From: Chrysemys picta bellii
Taxonomy: Eukaryota
DNA: 64,000 nt
NCBI RefSeq assembly: GCF_011386835.1
Contig: NC_088794.1
Location: 8,060,001 to 8,124,000 of the forward strand
Direction: 5' to 3'
This document shows, one piece after another, positions 1 through 13,710 of the stretch. How positions within the stretch are numbered: the stretch's first letter is position 1; each line of letters opens with the position of its first letter. The notes below the pieces were generated by a model that saw nothing but the letters and a program-made list of their open reading frames with translations, did not search any database and was not told the origin of the DNA. The translations under genes and the position numbers were made by a program.

Positions 1-3000
1 CACTGTGTAAAAACAAATGTATTGTTGCTGTACGCATCTTTGTTATTAAACTCAATAGCATTTTATCAGGGACAAGTGCAAAATCTGGGAGCTGCTCAAG
101 AAACTATTACATAGTCTGGTATCTTTCAAAATAGGCAACTCTGAAGTTTCGATGGAATTGTTGGTTCCATTTTAGGATTAGTTGGATCAGGGATGTCTTT
201 TTCGAACAGGCGAGATTTAGAAAATATAAAAAGACACATTAACTATTTCAAGTACCAGGCAGTGGAAACAGTTTCTAAACCTATAATACGGCATTAATGG
301 CCTAACTACTGAGGAAAGGTAGAGTGTGTGTGTGTGTATAATAAGCATGACATTGCTAAACTGTTCAGCTGGACACCAAAATTAATGAATTATAAATAAT
401 AGGAAAGAAAGGGAACATGGCATAGGTAAGGAGATTATTTGCACAATTTACGGAAGTTATGTGTTAACTGCCATAACCAGTTTGTCAAGTGATGTTGAAA
501 TGGATAAATTTCCTGATTTTTATCAATGACCAACAATTAGCTAAATGGTCTTTCCCTCAGTGTATCTCAAAGGCTCTTGTAAACCAGCAATGTCTCAAAT
601 CCTGCAAACAGATTCCCATGAGCACAATTTTTTAATTTGGAGTCAGTGATACCTCATCATAACAGAGGTACTTGTTGATCTAAACAGTCTTGGCTTCCAA
701 TGTCCGAATCTTAGTGCTGCCATGTTTAATAAATTGGCATTTGTCCAGTCACTTGATTCCCTAGAAGAAGACATCTACATCTACGACGAGTGTCTGGATG
801 TACCACAGCTACTGGTATTTCATTCAGCAGTACAAACCTGGAGCCCACCACATGTAGCCTGCTGCCTTTGACATCATAACTCCTGTCCGTGGCCATGCCA
901 GCCTGACACGGCTCAACGAGACAGGTGAACAAGATGCTACAGCTTCTTGTCCTGCAAAGCTCATCCAGGGGTGACGACCAGCAGTCAGGGTGACCTAGGC
1001 TCTGGAGAGATGGTATTGCATAGTAACCAGTTTAAAAAAAAAAATGTATAGAGACTTTGCTTGTGATATCGCCACTCCAGCTTTGTTTGACCCACAGTGT
1101 TGCAAGTCAAACCATAATATGTAGGTCGGAACAGGCATCAGTGAATCCATTATCCACAGTGAACCCCATCACCAGGATGAAGTTAAAAAATACCAGTTGT
1201 TTAACCTATACATTGATCCACTAACCTCAAATGTAAAAACATCATTGGACTGAAGAGAGATGCATCTTACTCAGATTAGCGATGTCATGCACAAAGCAGA
1301 AAAGACTCTACATCATCACAGGCATGATGGTAACTTAGAAATACTTATGTCTAATGCTTGGATAGAGATTACTCTTAAGGCTTTAATTGTATTGATTTTG
1401 TGTGTCAGTTTTGTTTTGTCATGTGTTTTGCTAAAACAGCCTAAACTTAATTTAAATGCTTTCACATCAGCTACATGTTTTTTTCCCCAGGGTTGTCACC
1501 CTGTTGCTATAATCTGGGGTGGGGGGCGGCTATTAGCCAATATCATATGTTTCTGACGGTTTTGTATTTTCTGCACTTACGCTAAGTTCTGTAACTATGA
1601 AGCAGACTCCTAGCATGCTTTGTGTTCATGCTAAGCTTACAGTTGTTGACTTGTGATCCCTGAGCTGATTTTGAAAGGTCCATATTTAAAAAGAAACTAT
1701 TATCTCTTTGCTAGGAATGGCTTGCTTACGGCCTCAAATAACCTGGTGGGTTGTTTGGAAAATGAGTTAAAAGCTGGTCAGACCAACTCCATACACCAAG
1801 ATGACAGGATAGTGGAATCATGTCTACTTATGGTGTTTCTCCACTTACTGTTTCTTCCATCTTCACCTGTGATGCTTCCGGTGGTCTCCATGAGGTTGTG
1901 AGCATGTGCAAGGCAGGGAACCATTTTGCTGTTTCCTTTTCAGTTGAGTATTAATTAGTCTTCAGATCTGTGTGAGACCCACCAATGTCAGTTGGTGTGA
2001 TAAATTTTACGTAGCTGTGTGAGTACCGTGATCAGTGACTTGTGCACTCTAAATTAATCAAAGACTATGGAGTGAGCTTTATATAACTTCTGGTATTTGT
2101 AAGTGTAGGAACTGTCAAACGAGATGCATGTTCTGTTAAGGTTTGCCAAATAACAGTGTACAAAATACAGGGTATAAAATGACAGGAGTGATTGGTGCAG
2201 GTGACTTGGGTGATGATGTCGGTAAACCTTGAAAAACAGGTGGGGAAAGTAGATAAGGATAGGGAAATTAGGTCTTTGATGTGACCGTGAGATGTGGGGG
2301 GTTTTCTGCCTGTTGAAAACGCAGGATATAAATATGTCAGCTAAGCTCATGATTTTGGAACGGATTGAAAACTGCTGTGAGCCTGTATCCCCAGCTGGTA
2401 CAGTGCTAACCTTTGCTTTTCTGTATTGTGCTGATCTATCTTTGCTTAATAAACTGACCAAGCATGGTTAGCTGATGCGCCATTGATCAGTAATTTAAAT
2501 TGACTCCTCAGTGTTTTGTATAAGGGAACGCAGCATTTCCTCCCTCCACAGCAGGACTGGGGGCAGCAGCCATTCTCTGGGAGGGGGCAGGGAGTATGTG
2601 GTTGGGGAGCTGGGAGATCAGGGGCTGGGGTGGGGGAGGTGTTCCCACGGAGCTGTCTTTCCCACTGAAGCATGTTCAGAACGTGTACAGAAGGCTGATG
2701 TAAACTCTCTTCAGAATAATGCTATGAATAAAATGTTTTAAAAAAATATAGAGGGAAAAACTACCAGCATATCCTCTGCAGTGAGTTGTGTGCCTCTGTT
2801 CTCCTATTCCTTCAAGGCAATGCCCATCTCCTCTGATCTCCTTCTTCTGCACCATGGGGTGCTCGCCTGCTGGGGTCATCTGGGCATCTCTCACCTCAGC
2901 AGTTCCCTCCCATTGCCACATCCTCAGGCTGGCAGCTCGGGCCCCCCTGTTCTCTGCCTGTGTCTCACAACAGGGCTGAAATGATTTGATCTAACAGAAG

Positions 3001-3449
3001 TCATTGGGCTTAACACAGCAAGAAGTGGGTGGACTTGTAAGAAATACAGGGTATAAAATAAACCTTGGTTTAGCAACTGCTTATCTGATTACCTGTCTCA
3101 CCTTTCTTAGGGTTCTTCTCATGTTGATTGCTTAACTAAAGAAAAGGTCATGAGAGTTTAATTGGCTTAAATATCCTTAGCAACAACTATGAGTTTAGGA
3201 CATAAGATGACAAGAATAGTGTTGGACTATGATGTGGCTCCATAAACTAGCACGGTCAATATAACCATGTAGGTTTTCAGAATGAAATCACACAACCACC
3301 ATCGGAAACGCATTTACTCAGTCACTCAAAACTGGGTCTCGCTTATGTCTGTTTGTGTCAGCAACTTTGGTGCTGCTATCACACCAGAGGAAAAACAATC
3401 CAAGGCTAGAGTAGAAGACAATCTGCCAATTACTTACATGCCAGTTGAC

Positions 3450-4464
3450 CCATGGAGGCATAGTAATCAACCCTTGTTACCTGTTTCCCAAGGAGTGAGA
3501 TTAGCCCCAGGCTTTATTGCTCCGAAGTAGACAAGATGAATTCCTACATTCAAATGAGTCATGTAGACTGAGTGCAGATCAAGACACTTGCCCGTTTGGT
3601 CTCATTTGATATCTGTATGTGCCTAGGACTTGACTGGCAGCTGTGCCACGTTGACAATATCCCATAATGTCCTGAACAAATCATATGGAACTAAGAGAAA
3701 CTTTATGCCTTTGGGGTACATGGCATTAAAAAGGTAGCGGTCTCTGTGTTATTGCAGCACTGTATGTACGTTCTCTAGTAGGGAGTGGGGTGCTAACTAA
3801 CTTCCTGCAGTCTTTGAAGCCCCCTCCCCGGGGAGATACGCATAGACTAGTTCCAACTGGATTTTCCAGAGCCCCACAGACAACAGCTAAGGTGGAGTTG
3901 GGCCTTTCTTCCTGAGCCAGCAAACGGTCTGGACCCTTGCTCCACGGAGGGCCCCAATCCTCAGGGGAAGATTGGAAGGACTTGGCCTACAAGGCTTCTT
4001 AACTCTGTGCGCTTGTTGTGACTGAAGCTCTGCTGAACTTATGATCACAAGGAAGCCCCCAGGAGCGAGGGTTGAAAGAGGGGTCTTGCCACAGCCTATG
4101 TGAGAGTTGGGTTGAACCCTGGTAAGCTTATTAGTATGTGTGCCAGTTCTTTCATTGGTTTTAATAGTTCTCTGTCATGCTTTGTACCTTAAGAATAAAG
4201 TCGGCTTGGTATGGTAACTTGTATTGCTTGCAATCGCTTTGTTAGTCTCTGAAGAGGGAGCAAGCAGGTCTGTTTGGGCAGCCTGTCGGTGCTGGGAGCG
4301 AAGGCAGGGAACTGTCCATCCTGGCAATACCCTGGTCAGAAGGGAGAGAGATCCAGGTCTCCTTTCAGTAAAGGCAACAGCTGTGGTGCTGGAAGCCTGA
4401 AGGTTGGGTGCCCTCGCTGAACCACTGAGGGCACCTACAGCTACACTCGCCCTGAACTAGGACA
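3450..4464 (+). mobile_element. Probable solo LTR of an LTR retrotransposon; left boundary approximate
   Basis: Non-coding block with internal AATAAA (4195-4200) ending ...CCCTGAACTAGGACA, resembling turtle Gypsy-type LTR 3' ends. No clean TG start or TSD found. Confidence 0.4.
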
Positions 4465-5750
4465 CCAGTATGGAACATTAACTATGGTAGATGTGCATAC
4501 AGTGTTCTACCATCTTAGTTAACAGCAGTAATTTGTTCAATGTCAAAGCTACTGTACAACAATCTTGAGTGGAATTTGCTACAAAACATGTTCTGTGACA
4601 CTCTTTAAAGCTCATACACAAGCATGCACACTTCCTTACTAATTAGGAACCCAGTTTCAGGAAGTGGTCAGTTGGTTGACTTGGGTCATCACGCAAGAGA
4701 GAATGTGTGTGTTACTTGTCAGTTTTCAGCACTGTTACTATTCACAGTAAGAGCTGACGTTGCAAACACAAGTGGAGCAAAGGACGTACACGACCACAGT
4801 CTTTTCCCAGTGAATTAGCAGGCAACCTGAATTGCTGGAAAATGGAGACAGTTAAAAGTGCCTATCTGAGACAGGTACTTCATGTCACCAGGAGGGCTCA
4901 GGATCTCAGTCTTCTCCCTTCCAGGTGGTTGTGTGCTGAAGGAGACAGCATGGATTCCTTTTCTTGGAAGAGCTGGTATGGAACATCAGCTTTTGAGGTT
5001 TTGCAGCTGGGACTGGAACTTTCTCGTCTCTTTGTGCTGCACATCTTATCACACCAGCTTGTGTAAAACAAGTTAGACCGTGACTGTTGGTTGGTACAAT
5101 CATCTTGGGACATACCTTGAGCATTGGCTTGTTTGCATCGGTTAGCAATTTACCTCCACAAGTTGCTTTCCATGGGCCTTTTGCAGCCCTTGGACAATTT
5201 TTGCAGTTCTGGTTGCTCAAGTTGCAGTTCCTCCATTAATCCTGCTAACGGCTGAAATGTTCAATTTAAAGTTTATAATGTATACAGAGACTCTCCATCT
5301 GCTTTGATGCTCCTTATACTTGTTTTAATAGTCCCTTCAAGATCTGTTGTTCTCTAGTAGGCTGGAACACCTCTATAAATCTTTTCTTTCTGGTATCCTT
5401 GTTTTAACAACAAGGGTGAGCCATTGGTCTATATGGCTGAGCTGGTCTGTGCATTATCAGTTGAATTAGGTAGAAGTCTGGGGAAGGTACTCTGTCACAG
5501 CTAAATACTAGGTGGAACAGATTGTTTAGTATTTTGGCTTTATGTTAAAAGATGAAGAGGTCTAGTGAAATAAAAATTACATATCAATGTTGAAAAGATC
5601 TCTCCCCACCTTTAAAAAATCGTGTTAGCTTATTTTTGAAGTTTTGCCTAAATGAATTGCCCAGACTAGAAAAACCCCCAACCACCCAAAAACCTTCTCT
5701 AAAGACAGTTGACAAAGATGGGACATAGGTCTCTTATTAAGTACTTGAGA

Positions 5751-6001
5751 AACGGTCTCAAGTTGCAGTGGGGGAGGTTTAGGTTGGCTATTAGGAAACA
5801 CTATTTCACTAGGAGGGTGGTGAAGCATTGGAATGGGTTACCTAGGGAGGTGGTGGAATCTCCTTCCTTAGAGGTTTTTAAGGTCAGGCTTGACGAAGCC
5901 CTGGCTGGAATGATTTAGTTGGGATTTGGTCCTGCTTTGAGCAGGGGGTTGGACTAGATGACCTCCTGAGGTCCCTTCCAACCCTGAGATTCTATGATTC
6001 T
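5751..6001 (+). mobile_element. CR1 LINE (PsCR1-like) 3' fragment
   Basis: Encodes the CR1 ORF2 C-terminus ([53 protein letters not shown]), then the 3' UTR ending ATTCTATGATTCT. Confidence 0.95.
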
Positions 6002-6645
6002 ACTAGGCTCATCACTTGTCAATTGTAAAGAAAGACTTAAATTCCAAGCATGCTATCAATCTACTCAGTTCAGGGATTTTACAATAAAAAAGTAAAATAT
6101 TAAAAGGCAAAAGCCATGGCTTAGTGCCTGCATTCGGGTCAGAGATAAGGCTGCAGCCTCTGACATTGTTGTCTCATGCCCTCTCCTCCCTTTCTGAATT
6201 TGTTTTTGTCTGAAACTGTAACCTTCTCCACATTCGCCTTTTAAACGTCTGTTAAGTTTAATCAAATATAGTTGTACTGTTCAGTGGACTATCAGACTAG
6301 TAAATAAATGCCATTAACAAAAGCACAGGAGGGAGCACACAATGGGCAATATTTTGTAGCAGTATCTGCAAAGCAACAATTACATTCTTTGTTTTTATCA
6401 TCACAATCAAGGGCCCCGAAAGAATGATTTTTTTCCGTTCTTACCAATATAAATATATAACACTTTACATTTTGCTTTTACGCAAGCTGTAACTCTAGAT
6501 ATGTGACAGCATTAAATAATACAAGTCAGTAGATGAGAGAGCTGAGAAATTATTGAAAACGGGTGTTATGATGACAAAAGCCCTAATGCAGAGAGACGGG
6601 GGAGGGGAGGAGTTAAAAGGCACCACTGAAGTGGAAGTGAGTATG

Positions 6646-7600
6646 AGAACAAATCATGCCAAATCAACCTAAATTTCCTTCTTTGACACCGCTACTGGCC
6701 TAGCGGTTAGGGTAGAAGCAATAGATATGATATATCGATTTTAATAAGGCTTTTGACACATAACATTCTCATAGGCAAACTAGAATAATGTGGTCTAGAT
6801 GAATTTGCTATAAGATAGGGTGCAAAACTGGTTGGAAGAGTAGTTATCAATGATTCACTGTCAAAGTGGGAGGGTGTAACTAGTGGAGTGCCCCAGAGGT
6901 CAGTCCTGGGTCTAGTACTATTCAGTATTTTTATTAATAACTTAGATAATGGAGTGGAGAGTATGCTTATAAAATTTGTTGCTGACACCAAGCTGGGAGG
7001 GGTTGCAAGCACTTTGGAGGACAGGATTAGAATTCAGAATGACCGTGACAAATTAAGGAATTGGTCTGAATTCGACAAGATGAAATTCAATAAAGACAAG
7101 TGCAAAATATTACACTTAGGGAGGAAAAATCAAAGGCACAAATACAAAACAGGGAATAACTAGCTAGATGATAGTACTGCAAAAAAAGGATCTGGGGGTG
7201 TAGTGGATCACAAATTCAATATGAGTCAACAATGTGATGCAGTTGTGAAAAAGGCTAATATCATTATGTGGTGTATTTACAGGGGCGTTGTATGTAAGAC
7301 ACAGGAACGGGAGGTAATTGTCCTGCTCTACTCAGCACTGGTGAGGTTTCAGCTGGAGCACTGTGTCCAGCTCTGGACACTCCATTTTAGGAAAGAGGTG
7401 GAGAAATTGGAGAGACTCCAGAGCACAGCAACAAAAATGATAAAAGGTTTAGCAAACCTGATCTATGAGGAAGGGCTAAAAATTGGGCGTTTTTAGTCTT
7501 GAGACAAAAAGACTCAGGGGGGACCTGATAACAGTCTTCAAAGATGTTAAGGGCTGTTACAAAGGGGACAGTGATCAATTATTCGCCATGTGCACCAATG
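6646..7600 (+). mobile_element. Older CR1 LINE RT fragment
   Basis: Broken ORF2 frames: PQRSVLGLVLFSIFINNLD..IKFVADTKLGG (RT) and MSQQCDAVVKKAN..LYSALVRFQLEHCVQLW. Confidence 0.9.
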
Positions 7601-8226
7601 GTAGGGGTTGAGTGGCTGAGGGCTACTTTGTGATGGCCTAGATGCCCTACTGCCCATAGACCTACCACACGCTTGGGAGGATGTGGGGCCACGTGTCTCT
7701 TGTTCTTGACAAACTCTAACTTACCAACATGTATGAGAAAAATAATGCAGAACTAAGTGTGCAAATGTCTTTGCCCTTTCAACAATGATCCCTGACCTAC
7801 TATGCCCCAAACAGAAATTCCTCTTTGAGGGAGGCCAATGACTTTCTGAGGCATGATCTACACTACGATTTTAGGTTGAATTTAGCAGCGTTACCTCGAT
7901 TTAAGCCTGGACCCGTCCACACGACGAAGCCCTTTTTTTCGACTTAAAGGGCTCTTTAAATCAATTTATTTACTCCACCTCCGACAAGGGGATTAGCGCT
8001 GAAATTGGCCTTGCCGGGTCAAATTTGGGGTAGTGTGGACGCAATGTGACGGTATTGGCCTCTGGGAGCTACCCCAGAGTGCTCCATTGTGATCGCTCTG
8101 GACAGCGCTCTCAACTCGGATGCACTATGTGGACAGGAAAAGGCCCGCAAACTTTTGAATCTCATTTCCTGTTTGGCCAGCTTGGCAAGGTGCAGGTGAG
8201 TGCAGATCCCATCAGCAGAGGTGACC

Positions 8227-10290
8227 ATGATGGAGTCCCAGGATCGCAAAAGAGCTCCAGCATGGATCGAACGGGAGGTATGGGATCTGCTCACCCTATG
8301 GGGAGACGAATCCGTGCTAGCTGAACTCCGTTCCAGTAAACGAAATGCCAAAACATTAGAAAAAGTCTCAAAGGGCATGAAGGACAGAGGCCATAACAGG
8401 GACGCACAGCAGTGCCGCGTGAAAATTAAGGAGCTAAGGCAAGCCTACCACAAAACCAGAGAGGCAAATGGAAGGTCTGGGGCAGAGCCACAGACCTGCT
8501 GCTTCTATGCAGGGCCGCCCAGAGGATTCAGGGGGCATGGGGCAAAGCAATTTTGGGGGCCCCTTCCATAAAAAAAAAAAGTTGCAATACTATAGAATAC
8601 TATATTCTCATGGGGGGCCCCTGCGGGGCCTGGGGCAAATTGCCCCACTCCCCCCCCCCCCCGGGCAGCCCTGCTTCTACGCTGAGCTGCATGCCATGCT
8701 AGGGGGTGCAGCCACCACTACCCCAACCCAGTGCTTTGACTCCATCAATGGGGGAGAATCACGCAACACAGAAGCGGAGAAACCAGTTTCCCCAACAGCC
8801 GAGATATATTTTTCACCCTAGACCTGGAGCCAGTAACCCCCAAACCCACCCAAGGCGTGCTCCCGGACCCTGAGGGCCAACAAGGGGCCTCTGGTGAGTG
8901 TACCTTTGTAAATATTACACATGGTTTAAAAGCAAGCGTGTTTAATGATTAATTTGTCCTGGCATTCACGTCCAGTACAGCTACTGGAAAAGTCTGTTAA
9001 CGTGTATGGGGATGGAATGGAAATCCTCCAGGGACATCTCCATAAAGCTCTCCTAGATGTACTCCCAAAGCCTTTGCAAAAGGTTTCTGGGGACGGCTGC
9101 CTTATTCCATCTGCCATGGTAGGACACTTTACCACGCCAGGCCAGTAGCACATAGTCTGGAATCATTGCATAACAAAGCATGGCAGCGTATGGTCCTGGT
9201 GTTTGCTGGCATTCAAACAACATCCGTTCCTTAGCTCTCTGTGTTATCTTCAGGAGACTGATCTCCTTCATGGTCACCTGGTTGAAATAGGGTGCTTTTA
9301 TTAAGGGGACATTCAGAGGTGCCCATTCCTGTTTGGCTGTGGCTGAACAGAAATGTTCCCCGCTGTTAGCCATGCGTTTGGGGGGAGGGGTGAAGTGATC
9401 ATCCCAGAGAATTGCGTGTGTGTGTGGGGAGGGGGGGTATTTGTTTTTGTGCTGCACGCTAACCCGCAAACCGCAGCCCCTCCTTTTAAATTGCCAACCC
9501 ATTTTAATGGCCAACCCAATGGCTGCATGGTATGGGAAATGAGGGTGCTGCTGTTTGAAACCATTCCCACATGTTATGATGGTTAAAGAAGTCAAAAGAC
9601 GGTGGCTTACCATGGCTGCCTGCAAGCTGAATTCTGTTGCCTGGCACTGCATGAGTGATCTCTCACACCAAACCGGCAGGCCCTCAATATAAGAGGCAAA
9701 ATGCGACCTTGTAACGAAAGCACATGTGCTGTGTAATGTGAACAGCAAGGTTTAACGGGAAAGAGTGATCCTATTGTTCTCTAAAATGTGTTTTTTTTTA
9801 ACTACCACTCTCCCTTTTCCCCCACCAGCTGCAAATGTTTCTCCTTCGCGGAGGCTAGCAAAGATTAGAAGGCGAAAAAAACGCACTCAGGATGACATGT
9901 TCTCAGAGCTCCTGCTGTCCTCCTACACTGACAGAGCACAGCAGAATGCGTGGAGGCAGACAATGTCAGAGTGCAGGAAAGCACAATATGAACGCGAGGA
10001 GAGGTGGCAAGCTGAATGGCAGGCTGAAGAGGATAGGTGGCATCAGCTTGCTGACAGAAGGCAAGAGTCGATGCTCCGGCTGCTGGAGCATCAAACTGAT
10101 ATGCTCCGGCGTATGGTTGAGCTGCAGGAAAAGCAACAGGAGCACAGACTGCCGCTACAGCCCCTGTGTAACCAACAGGCCTCCTCCCCAAGTTCCATAT
10201 CCTCCTCACCCAGATGCCCAAGAACGTGGTGGGGGGGGCCTCCAGCCACTCCACCCCAGAGGATTGCCCAAGCAACAGAAGGCTGGCCTT
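8227..10290 (+). pseudogene. Harbinger Myb/SANT-like DNA-binding protein gene, disrupted
   Basis: MMESQDRKRAPAWIEREVWDLLTLWGDESVLAELRSSKRN...QCRVKIKELRQAY. Donor G|GTGAGT at 8893/8894 and acceptor CCAG| at 9828/9829, then AANVSPSRRLAKIRRRKKRTQDDMFSELL. Broken by a MITE and frameshifts; 3' end approximate. Confidence 0.88.
8510..8673. mobile_element. hAT-type MITE inserted in the Harbinger Myb exon
   Basis: TIR CAGGGCCGCCC / GGGCAGCCCTG; 8-bp TSD CTTCTATG (8502-8509) / CTTCTACG (8674-8681). Removing it restores PQTCCFYAELHAMLG. Confidence 0.9.
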
Positions 10291-10728
10291 CAATAAGTTT
10301 TAAAGTGCAGTGTGTCCTTGTCCTTCCCTCCTCCCTCACCCCTTCCGGGCTACCTTGGCAGTTATCCCCCTATTTGTGTGATGAATTAATAAAGAATGCA
10401 TGAATGTGAAGTAACAATGACTTTATTGCCTTTGCAAACGGTGATCGAAGGGGGGAGGGGAGGGTGGCTAGCTTACAGGGAAGTAGAGTGAACCAAAGGG
10501 GCGGGGAGTCATCAAGGAGAAACAAACAGAAGTTTCACACAGTAGCCTGGCCAGTCTCTGATGCACACCGCACCCTACTGTGCTCTTCTAACTGCCCTGG
10601 TGTCTGGCTGCGTGTAATCAGCGGCCAGGCGATTTGCTTCAACCTCCCACCCCGCCATAAATGTCTCCCCCTTACTCTCTCAGATATTGTGGAGCGCACA
10701 GCAAGCATTAATAACAATGGGTATATTG

Positions 10729-12150
10729 TAAAAAGCAACAGAGGGTCCTGTGGCACCTTTAAGACTAACAGAAGTATTGGGAGCATAAGCTTTCGTGGGT
10801 AAGAACCTCACTTCATCAGACGCAAGTAATGGAAATCTCCAGAGGCAGGTATAAATCAGTATGGAGATAACGAGGTTAGTTCAGTCAGGGAGGGTGAGGT
10901 GCTCTGCTAGCAGTGGAGGTGTGAACACCAAGGGAGGAGAAACTGCTTCTGTAGTTGGATAGCCATTCACAGTCTTTGTTTAATCCTGATCTGATGGTGT
11001 CAAATTTGCAAATGAACTGGAGCTCAGCAGTTTCTCTTTGGAGTCTGATCCTGAAGTTTTTTTGCTGTAAGATGGCTACCTTTACATCTGCTATTGTGTG
11101 GCCAGGGAGGTTGAAGTGTTCTCCTACAGGTTTTTGTATATTGCCATTCCTGATATCTGACTTGTGTCCATTTATCCTCTTGCATAGTGACTGTCCAGTT
11201 TGGCCAATGTACATAGCAGAGGGGCATTGCTGGCACATGATGGCATATATAACATTGGTGGATGTGCAGGTGAATGAGCCGGTGATGTTGTAGCTGATCT
11301 GGTTTGGTCCTGTGATGGTGTTGCTGGTGTAGATATGTGGGCAGAGTTGGCATCGAGGTTTGTTGCATGAGTTGGTTCCTGAGTTAGAGTTGTTATGGTG
11401 CGGTGCATGGTTGCTGGTGAGAATATGCTTAAGGTTGGCGGGTTGTCTGTGGGCGAGGACTGGCCTGCCTCCCAAGGTCTGTGAAAGTGAGGGATCATTC
11501 TCCAGGATGGGTTGTAGATCACTGATGATGCGTTGGAGAGGTTTAAGCTGAGGACTGTAGGTGATGGCCAGTGGAGTTCAGTTGGTTTCTTTTTTGGGCC
11601 TGTCTTGTAGCAGGAGGCTTCTGGGTACACGTCTGGATCTGTTGATTTGTTTCTCTATTTCCTTCTGTGGGTATCGTAGTTTTGAGAATGATTGGTGAAG
11701 ATCTTGTAGGTGTTGGTCTCTGTCTGAGGGGTTGGAGCAGATGCGGTTGTACCTCAGCACTTGGCTGTAGACAATGGATCGTGTGGTGTGTCCGGGGTGG
11801 AAGCTGGAGGCATGAAGGTAGGCGTACCGGTCGGTGGGTTTTCGGTATAGGGTGGTGGTAATGTGGCCATCGCTTATGTGTACTGTGGTGTATAGGAAGT
11901 GGACCTCCTGTGTAGATTGGTCCAGGCTGAGGTTGATGGTGGGGTGGAAGCTGTTGAAATCATGGTGGAATTCTTCCAGGATCTCCTTCCCATGGGTCCA
12001 GATGATGAAGATGTCATCAATGTACCGTAGGTAGAGAAGGGGCGTGAGTGGACGAGAGCTGAGGAAGCATTGTTCCAGGTCAGCCATAAAAATGTTGGCA
12101 TATTGTGGGGCCATGCGGGTGCCCATAGCGGTGCCACTGGTCTGGAGGTA
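10729..12150 (-). mobile_element. 5'-truncated Penelope-like retroelement (RT C-half + GIY-YIG endonuclease + pLTR)
   Basis: YLQTSGTAMGTRMAPQYANIFM..YLRYIDDIFIIW (RT); NVIYAIMCQQCPSAMYIGQTG (GIY-YIG); single in-frame TGA at 11578-11580. 13-bp TSD AATGGGTATATTG (10716-10728) / AATGAGAATATTG (12151-12163), 11/13 identical. Confidence 0.95.
10783..10823 (-). ncRNA. Minimal type-I hammerhead ribozyme motif in the Penelope pLTR
   Basis: GCGU-CUGAUGA-A-GUGAG(GUUCUUA)CCCAC-GAAA-GCUU-AUGC: intact core, one A.C mismatch in helix II, palindromic loop-less helix III. Confidence 0.8.
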
Positions 12151-13710
12151 AATGAGAATATTGGTTTCGCTGAGGTCTATCCGAGTCAGTAAACTGCACC
12201 AGCGCGCTTTTAAATGTCCAAATGCACATTCTACCACCATTCTGCACTTGCTCAGCCTATAGTTGAACAGCTCCTGACTACTGTCCAGGCTGCCTGCATA
12301 TGGCTTCATGAGCCATGGCATTACGGGGTAGGCTGAGTCCCCAAGGATAACTAGAGGCATTTCAACATCCCCAACATTTTTTTCTGGTCTGGGAAGAAAG
12401 TCCCTTACTGCAGCTTTTGAAACAGACCAGAGTTCTTGAAGACATGCGCATCATGTACCTTTCCCGGCCATCCCACATTGATGTTGGTGAAATGTCCCTT
12501 GTGATCCAGTGCTTGCAGCAGCATTGAAATGTACCCCTTTCGGTTTATGTACTGGCTGCCTTCGTGCTCCGGTGCCAAGATAGAGATATGGATTCTGTCT
12601 ATCGTCCCACCACAGTTAGGGAATCCCATTGCAGCAAAGCCATCCACTATGACCTGCACGTTTCCCAGAGTCACTACCCTTGATATCAGCAGCTCTTTGA
12701 TTGCGTTGGCTACTTGGATCACAGCAGCCCCCACAGTAGATTTGCTCACTCTAAATTGATGCCCGACTGACTGGTAGCTGTCTGGCGTTGCAAGCTTCCA
12801 CAGGGCTATCGCCACTCACTTCTCAACTGTGAGGGCTGCTCTCATCTTGGTATTCTGGCACTTCAGGGCAGGTGAAAGCAAGTCACAACGTTCCATGAAA
12901 GTGCCCTTATGCATGCGAAAGTTTCGCAGCCACTGGGAATCATCCCACACCTGCAACACTATGCGGTCCCACCAGTCTGTGCTTGTTTCCCGGGCCCAGA
13001 ATCGGCGTTCCACGGCATGTACGTGCCCCATTAACACCATGATGTGCACATTGCCAGGGCCCGTACTTTGTGAGAAGTCTATGTCCATGTCTATTTCCTC
13101 ATCACTCCTGTCACCGCGCTGCTGTCGCCTCTTTGCCTGGTTTTGCTTTGGCAAGTTCTGGTTCTGCATATACTCCAGGATAATGCGCGTGTTGCTTATA
13201 GTGCTCATAATTGCCGCGGTGATCTGAGCGGGCTCCATGATCCCAGTGCTATGGCATCTGGGCTGAAAAAAGGCACAAAACGATTTTCTGCCGTTGCTTT
13301 CACGGAGGGAGAGAGGGAGGGAGGGAGTGGGGGCCTGATGACATGTAACCAGAATCACCCGTGACACTGTTTTTGCCCCATCAGGCATTGGGATCTCAAC
13401 CCAGAATTCCAATGGGTGGCGGAGACTGCGGGAACCGTGGGATACCTACCCACAGCTACCCACAGTGCAACGCTCCGGAAGTCAACGCTAGCCTTGGTAC
13501 TGTGGACGCAGTCCACCGACTTAATGCACTTAAAGCATTTTGTGTGGGGACACACACAATCATCTGTATAAAAACAATTTCTAAAAAACTGACTTCTATA
13601 AATTAGACCTAATTTCGTAGTGTAGACATACCCTGAGAGAGAAGCAATTTTGGGAATGCCCAGGTTCTGTTGTAGGTGCCCCTGGCCATGACCATGGTGA
13701 TGACCCCACT

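Larger units (their letters stand above)
10535..13238 (-). pseudogene. Harbinger DDE transposase (HARBI1-like), disrupted and split by Penelope
   Basis: MEPAQIT...RRFWARETSTDWWDRIV..WLRNFRM; TGA at 12816-12818; VAIALWKLATPDSY..GTIDRIHI..WPGKVHDAHVF; TAA at 12405-12407 plus a frameshift; ILGDSAYP..RMVVECAFGHLKARW. Resumes below 10728 as NIPIVINACCALHNI. Confidence 0.92.
7850..13633. mobile_element. Full-length decayed two-gene PIF/Harbinger DNA transposon
   Basis: Left end GGCATGATCTACACTACGATTTTAGG and right end CCTAATTTCGTAGTGTAGACATACCC are imperfect inverted repeats. TGA TSD at 7847-7849 and 13634-13636. Convergent Myb/SANT gene (+) and DDE transposase (-) with back-to-back AATAAA signals (10388-10393 on +, 10422-10427 on -). 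Confidence 0.93.

Noticed and set aside
540-930. Minus-strand fragments resembling Gypsy integrase (GVMMSKAAGYMWWAPGL; LLVIDK)
   Set aside because: Too short and stop-ridden to call without a profile search.
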